This document shows positions 60,942 through 64,000 of a stretch of 64,000 bases of DNA, piece after piece. The stretch's first letter is position 1. Each line of letters begins with the position of its first letter. The position numbers and the translations under genes are program-made. Under the pieces are notes generated by a model. That model was not told the DNA's origin, ran no database searches, and saw only the letters and a list, made by a program, of their open reading frames with translations. The stretch covers positions 3,357,569 through 3,421,568 of the forward strand of contig OZ244775.1 in assembly GCA_965219505.1 (NCBI GenBank). Direction: 5' to 3'. The DNA is from Chloroflexota bacterium (GTDB taxonomy: Bacteria > Chloroflexota > UBA11872 > VXOZ01).

Positions 60942-61559
60942 GTGATCGACGAAGAGCAACAGCCAATCCCGGGACAAGGCACGCGTGAGTCTGCCGGCTC
61001 GCTCCAATGGCTGGAACGTAACCGCTTGAGCATTGTGCTCTTGCTGGTCGTGCTCACGGCTGTGGCATTGGGTTTGTATGCACTGCAGTTGCGCAATACC
61101 GCGCCGATTACGGTGACGCCGGTGCAGACGGAGTTGCGCGATATCAAGGTATACGTTACGGGCGCAGTAGCACAGCCGGGTGTCTACGCCGCGAGCTCCG
61201 GCGAGCGCGTGGGAGACGTGGTGGCGCGGGCGGGGGGATTCACGGCTGCGGCCGATCCCGTAGCCATCAATCTGGCGCGGCGCATGCGGGACGAAATGCA
61301 CATTCATGTCCCTGCCAAGGGGGATGCCGCACAAGCGGGCGCGTCTGACACGGGGCCGTCAACGCTCAGGCCGATCAACATCAATACGGCGACACAAAAG
61401 GAACTGGAAGCGCTGCCTGGCATCGGTGAGGTGACTGCCCGCAGAATCCTCGCCGCACGGGAAGCCGACGGTCCGTTTGCAAACGTGGACGATCTGCGCC
61501 GCGCGGGCGTGCGCGTCTCCGTAATCGAGCAGATTCGCAGTCTGGTCGTCGCCGAATAG
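60942..61559 (+). CDS. comEA: ComEA family DNA-binding protein (TM, SLBB, HhH)
   Basis: VYVTGAV-PGVY, AGG, INLA, ININTAT-ELEALPGIG; GGAGG RBS before GTG. Confidence 0.92.
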   Translation: MIDEEQQPIPGQGTRESAGSLQWLERNRLSIVLLLVVLTAVALGLYALQLRNTAPITVTPVQTELRDIKVYVTGAVAQPGVYAASSGERVGDVVARAGGFTAAADPVAINLARRMRDEMHIHVPAKGDAAQAGASDTGPSTLRPININTATQKELEALPGIGEVTARRILAAREADGPFANVDDLRRAGVRVSVIEQIRSLVVAE

Positions 61560-61937
61560 AGGTTCCACGGTTCTACTTTCTGCCCCGGGGTGCTAGGCTG
61601 CGCTGCGCATTTGCAGACAAATAGCAAGCAACGGTGGCGAACCGCTAAGCCAACCTAGGCAAGTATGACCGGCGTGGGTTTCTCCAAGGGCAGAGATTCT
61701 ATCCTGTAGCCTACAGACCCTGCGAGCAAGCAATTCCTGAAATGGCACAGGTTTCAAACCTGTGCTACCCTCTCCAATCAAGGAGACCTTTGCACAGCAC
61801 GGGGCAGTGGGCGAGAAGACCCGCTCTCCCGGGAAACCCATGCCTAGCGCGGGTCGGTAGGCGAGAAGACTTTTCCTCCCGGGAGACCCTTGCATTAACC
61901 AGGCATGCAGGCCAGAAGACTCCCTCTCCCTGGGGAG

Positions 61938-62224
61938 TGTATAGACCGGGTTGATGGGTAACACTTGTTCGGGTTGATAGGTTACACCATCGAATATGGG
62001 AGTTTTCGTTGTATGCAGTGTCCATGCCTTGGAAGTTAGACCCACTCAATACCCTTGTGGATACGGTTTTTCCCCTGGCACCAGCTCACGAACTGAACAT
62101 GGGCATGTCGTGGTGCCTGGAACGTCTATTTCTCTGCCCAACCCAAAGCGCCCGAAGGTGTCAATCAGTACAATGTGTAACCTATCAACCCGAACACCTG
62201 TTACCTATCAGCCCAGTCTGTACA
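61938..62224 (-). mobile_element. MITE family B, copy 2 (inverted relative to copy 1) inserted in R1
   Basis: TGTATAGACCGGG...CCCAGTCTGTACA; GGGGAG duplicated; interior alignable to 56437-56724. Confidence 0.85.
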
Positions 62225-62445
62225 GGGGAGAGGGCCGGGGTGAGGGGAAATCTTCACTTTTCCAGCCAAATTCCGCGCCCTCGTCAGAGTTTCGCAAGGC
62301 TTGACCCGCATCCCGAGACGGGGGTCTCAAGCACGGCAGCGCGCCCCGAAAAGAAGCGTACAAACTGGCGAAGTGCCGAGATCAATATGCCTGAGATCCG
62401 AAAGCGAACCCCAGAGAAGAATAGTGGAGAAACGAGTGTCTAACC

Positions 62446-63630
62446 ATGGATGAAATACGCATCGGTCTGGTCGGATTGGGGCATCGCGGGCTGCACTGGC
62501 TGCGCATGCTGGAGCGCATCGAGGGCTATCGGATTACGGCTTTGTGCGATCCGATTGTGACTCTACACGAGCGTGCGCTGGGTGCCCTGGATTCACGGAA
62601 TGGCGTGAAAGCCTACGCAAGCTATGAGGACATGCTGGGCGATCCGAACGTGGACGCGGTGGCCGTAACCGTGCGCTGCAAGGAGCAGGGCGAATTGGCG
62701 GCCATGGCGCTGGAGGCCGGCAAGCACGTGAATACCGAGGTGCCGGCTGCGCACACTATGGAGGACTGCTGGCGCATCGTGCTGGCGCAGGAGCGGTCGG
62801 GTCTGGTCTACCAGCTTGGCGAGCAGACGCGCTTCTGGGGCTACATCGACGCCTGGCGCGATCTGGTGCAGTCAGGAAAACTGGGCCGCGTCACGTTCTG
62901 CGAGGGACAATACATCGGCTACTACGGCACGCGGCAGTTCTTTCAAAATCCCGAATCGGGAGAGTTTTCTGCGGTGGAAGACCTGCCGGAGAATCCAGGC
63001 GCGCAGCCGACGTGGCTCCACACCATGCCGCCGATTCACTACCTGCCCCACGAGTTGAGCCCGCTGTTGAAAGTGCTCGACGACCGGGTGGTGTCCGTGA
63101 CCGCTATGAGCACGGCGGAGCCCAGCTACTCGCATCCGGAGATCGGCCAGCCGGACATCCAAGCGGCGCTAATGAAAACCGAGAAAGACGCCATCCTGCG
63201 GCTAGTCTGCGGCTTCACGCAGCCGGTCTCCCACGGCATGGGCCACCACTGGTTCCACATCGCGGGCACGAACGGCGTGCTGGAATGGAAGCGCAGCGGC
63301 AGCGGCAAACCCCTCATGTGGCTGGCCGACGGGCAGATGCACGACTTGGCGGAGATGGACTGGGGCCACGCCCGCACCGACGCGCCGGCCGCCGCCCGCG
63401 GCAGCGGTCACGGCGACGCCGACTACTACGTCCACGTCTCGTTCCGCGACGCCGTGCTCGGCAAGACACCCCTGGAATTCGACGTCTACCAAGCTATGGA
63501 CACCGCCGCCCCCGCCATCCTCGCCGCCGACTCCGTAGATGAGGGCACTACCCTCCTCCAAGTCCCCAACTTCCGCCCGGGACCAGAGCGGATGAAAGGT
63601 GAAGTGCTAGAAGCAAACTTGACCGGTTAG
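62446..63630 (+). CDS. Gfo/Idh/MocA family oxidoreductase
   Basis: GLVGLGHRG, TEVP, GEQ, PIHYLPH, GHG-ADY; same subfamily as 6110-8621. Confidence 0.9.
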   Translation: MDEIRIGLVGLGHRGLHWLRMLERIEGYRITALCDPIVTLHERALGALDSRNGVKAYASYEDMLGDPNVDAVAVTVRCKEQGELAAMALEAGKHVNTEVPAAHTMEDCWRIVLAQERSGLVYQLGEQTRFWGYIDAWRDLVQSGKLGRVTFCEGQYIGYYGTRQFFQNPESGEFSAVEDLPENPGAQPTWLHTMPPIHYLPHELSPLLKVLDDRVVSVTAMSTAEPSYSHPEIGQPDIQAALMKTEKDAILRLVCGFTQPVSHGMGHHWFHIAGTNGVLEWKRSGSGKPLMWLADGQMHDLAEMDWGHARTDAPAAARGSGHGDADYYVHVSFRDAVLGKTPLEFDVYQAMDTAAPAILAADSVDEGTTLLQVPNFRPGPERMKGEVLEANLTG

Positions 63631-63697
63631 GAGGACTTTGCAGGAGGCGAGAACTAAGCCTTACTGTTCCTACAGACAGCCTTTTCCTATGAGGCTT

Positions 63698-64000
63698 CTA
63701 GGGTTGCCGCCACTCAAACTTACCTCCAAGCCGACGTAGCATCTCGAAGGTGTCGATATAAGAGACATTGAACGCTAGGCAGACGTTTGGTATGGGAATT
63801 CGCTTCTTGACATCTGCGCGATATACCTCTTGTGTGACGACGACTGCACTATTTGTCTTCGCGTATGCTATCACCCAACCATCGGCTACCCCTGCAAACT
63901 TCACCTTTGCTTCAGAGCTAAACTGTGCATTGCCCTGAGCCCATGACTGCATCTCTTTGAATGCGTCAACTACGGGTTGCTGTACCGTAGATGCGAAGAT
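63698..64000 (-). CDS. DUF4411 family PIN-like protein, C-terminal part
   Basis: ADGWVIAYA, VVTQE, IPIPNVC-F-V; frame open to window end. Confidence 0.85.
   Translation of the reverse strand: MFASTVQQPVVDAFKEMQSWAQGNAQFSSEAKVKFAGVADGWVIAYAKTNSAVVVTQEVYRADVKKRIPIPNVCLAFNVSYIDTFEMLRRLGGKFEWRQP

Noticed and set aside
61593-62443. ORFs overlapping MITE B2
   Set aside because: Translations of repeat sequence, no transposase motifs.
1-64000. CRISPR array, tRNA, rRNA, transposase or integrase genes
   Set aside because: No regularly spaced repeat-spacer run or recognisable signatures seen; repeats are dispersed palindromes.

Overview
Ordinary chromosomal segment of a GC-rich (~58% by eye) bacterium; gene content and repeat types suggest Chloroflexota (inference). 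Housekeeping: hflX (3' part), pstSCAB, uvrB, rpmI-rplT, moaD-moaE fusion, CCA-adding enzyme, EndoQ-type nuclease, comEA, DksA/TraR. Also many catabolic enzymes (4 Gfo/Idh/MocA oxidoreductases, aldolase, dehydratase, glycoside hydrolases, aminotransferases, amidohydrolases) and scattered lower-GC accessory genes (AIPR, AlbA_2 protein, two Hic pairs, PIN pair, MNT-HEPN, DUF4411). The most unusual content is non-coding: (i) four unrelated families of transposase-less miniature elements that insert into and/or carry REP-like palindromes, giving nested repeats; (ii) a hicB-hicA-like cassette that splits a membrane-protein gene and is bounded by an 8-bp direct repeat; (iii) an AlbA_2 gene between duplicated REP+promoter units; (iv) a candidate oriC with no dnaA in the window; (v) three ~170-210 nt candidate structured RNAs, one 6S-like. 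No CRISPR array, tRNA, rRNA or transposase gene was seen. All family calls come from motif recognition by eye, not database searches.
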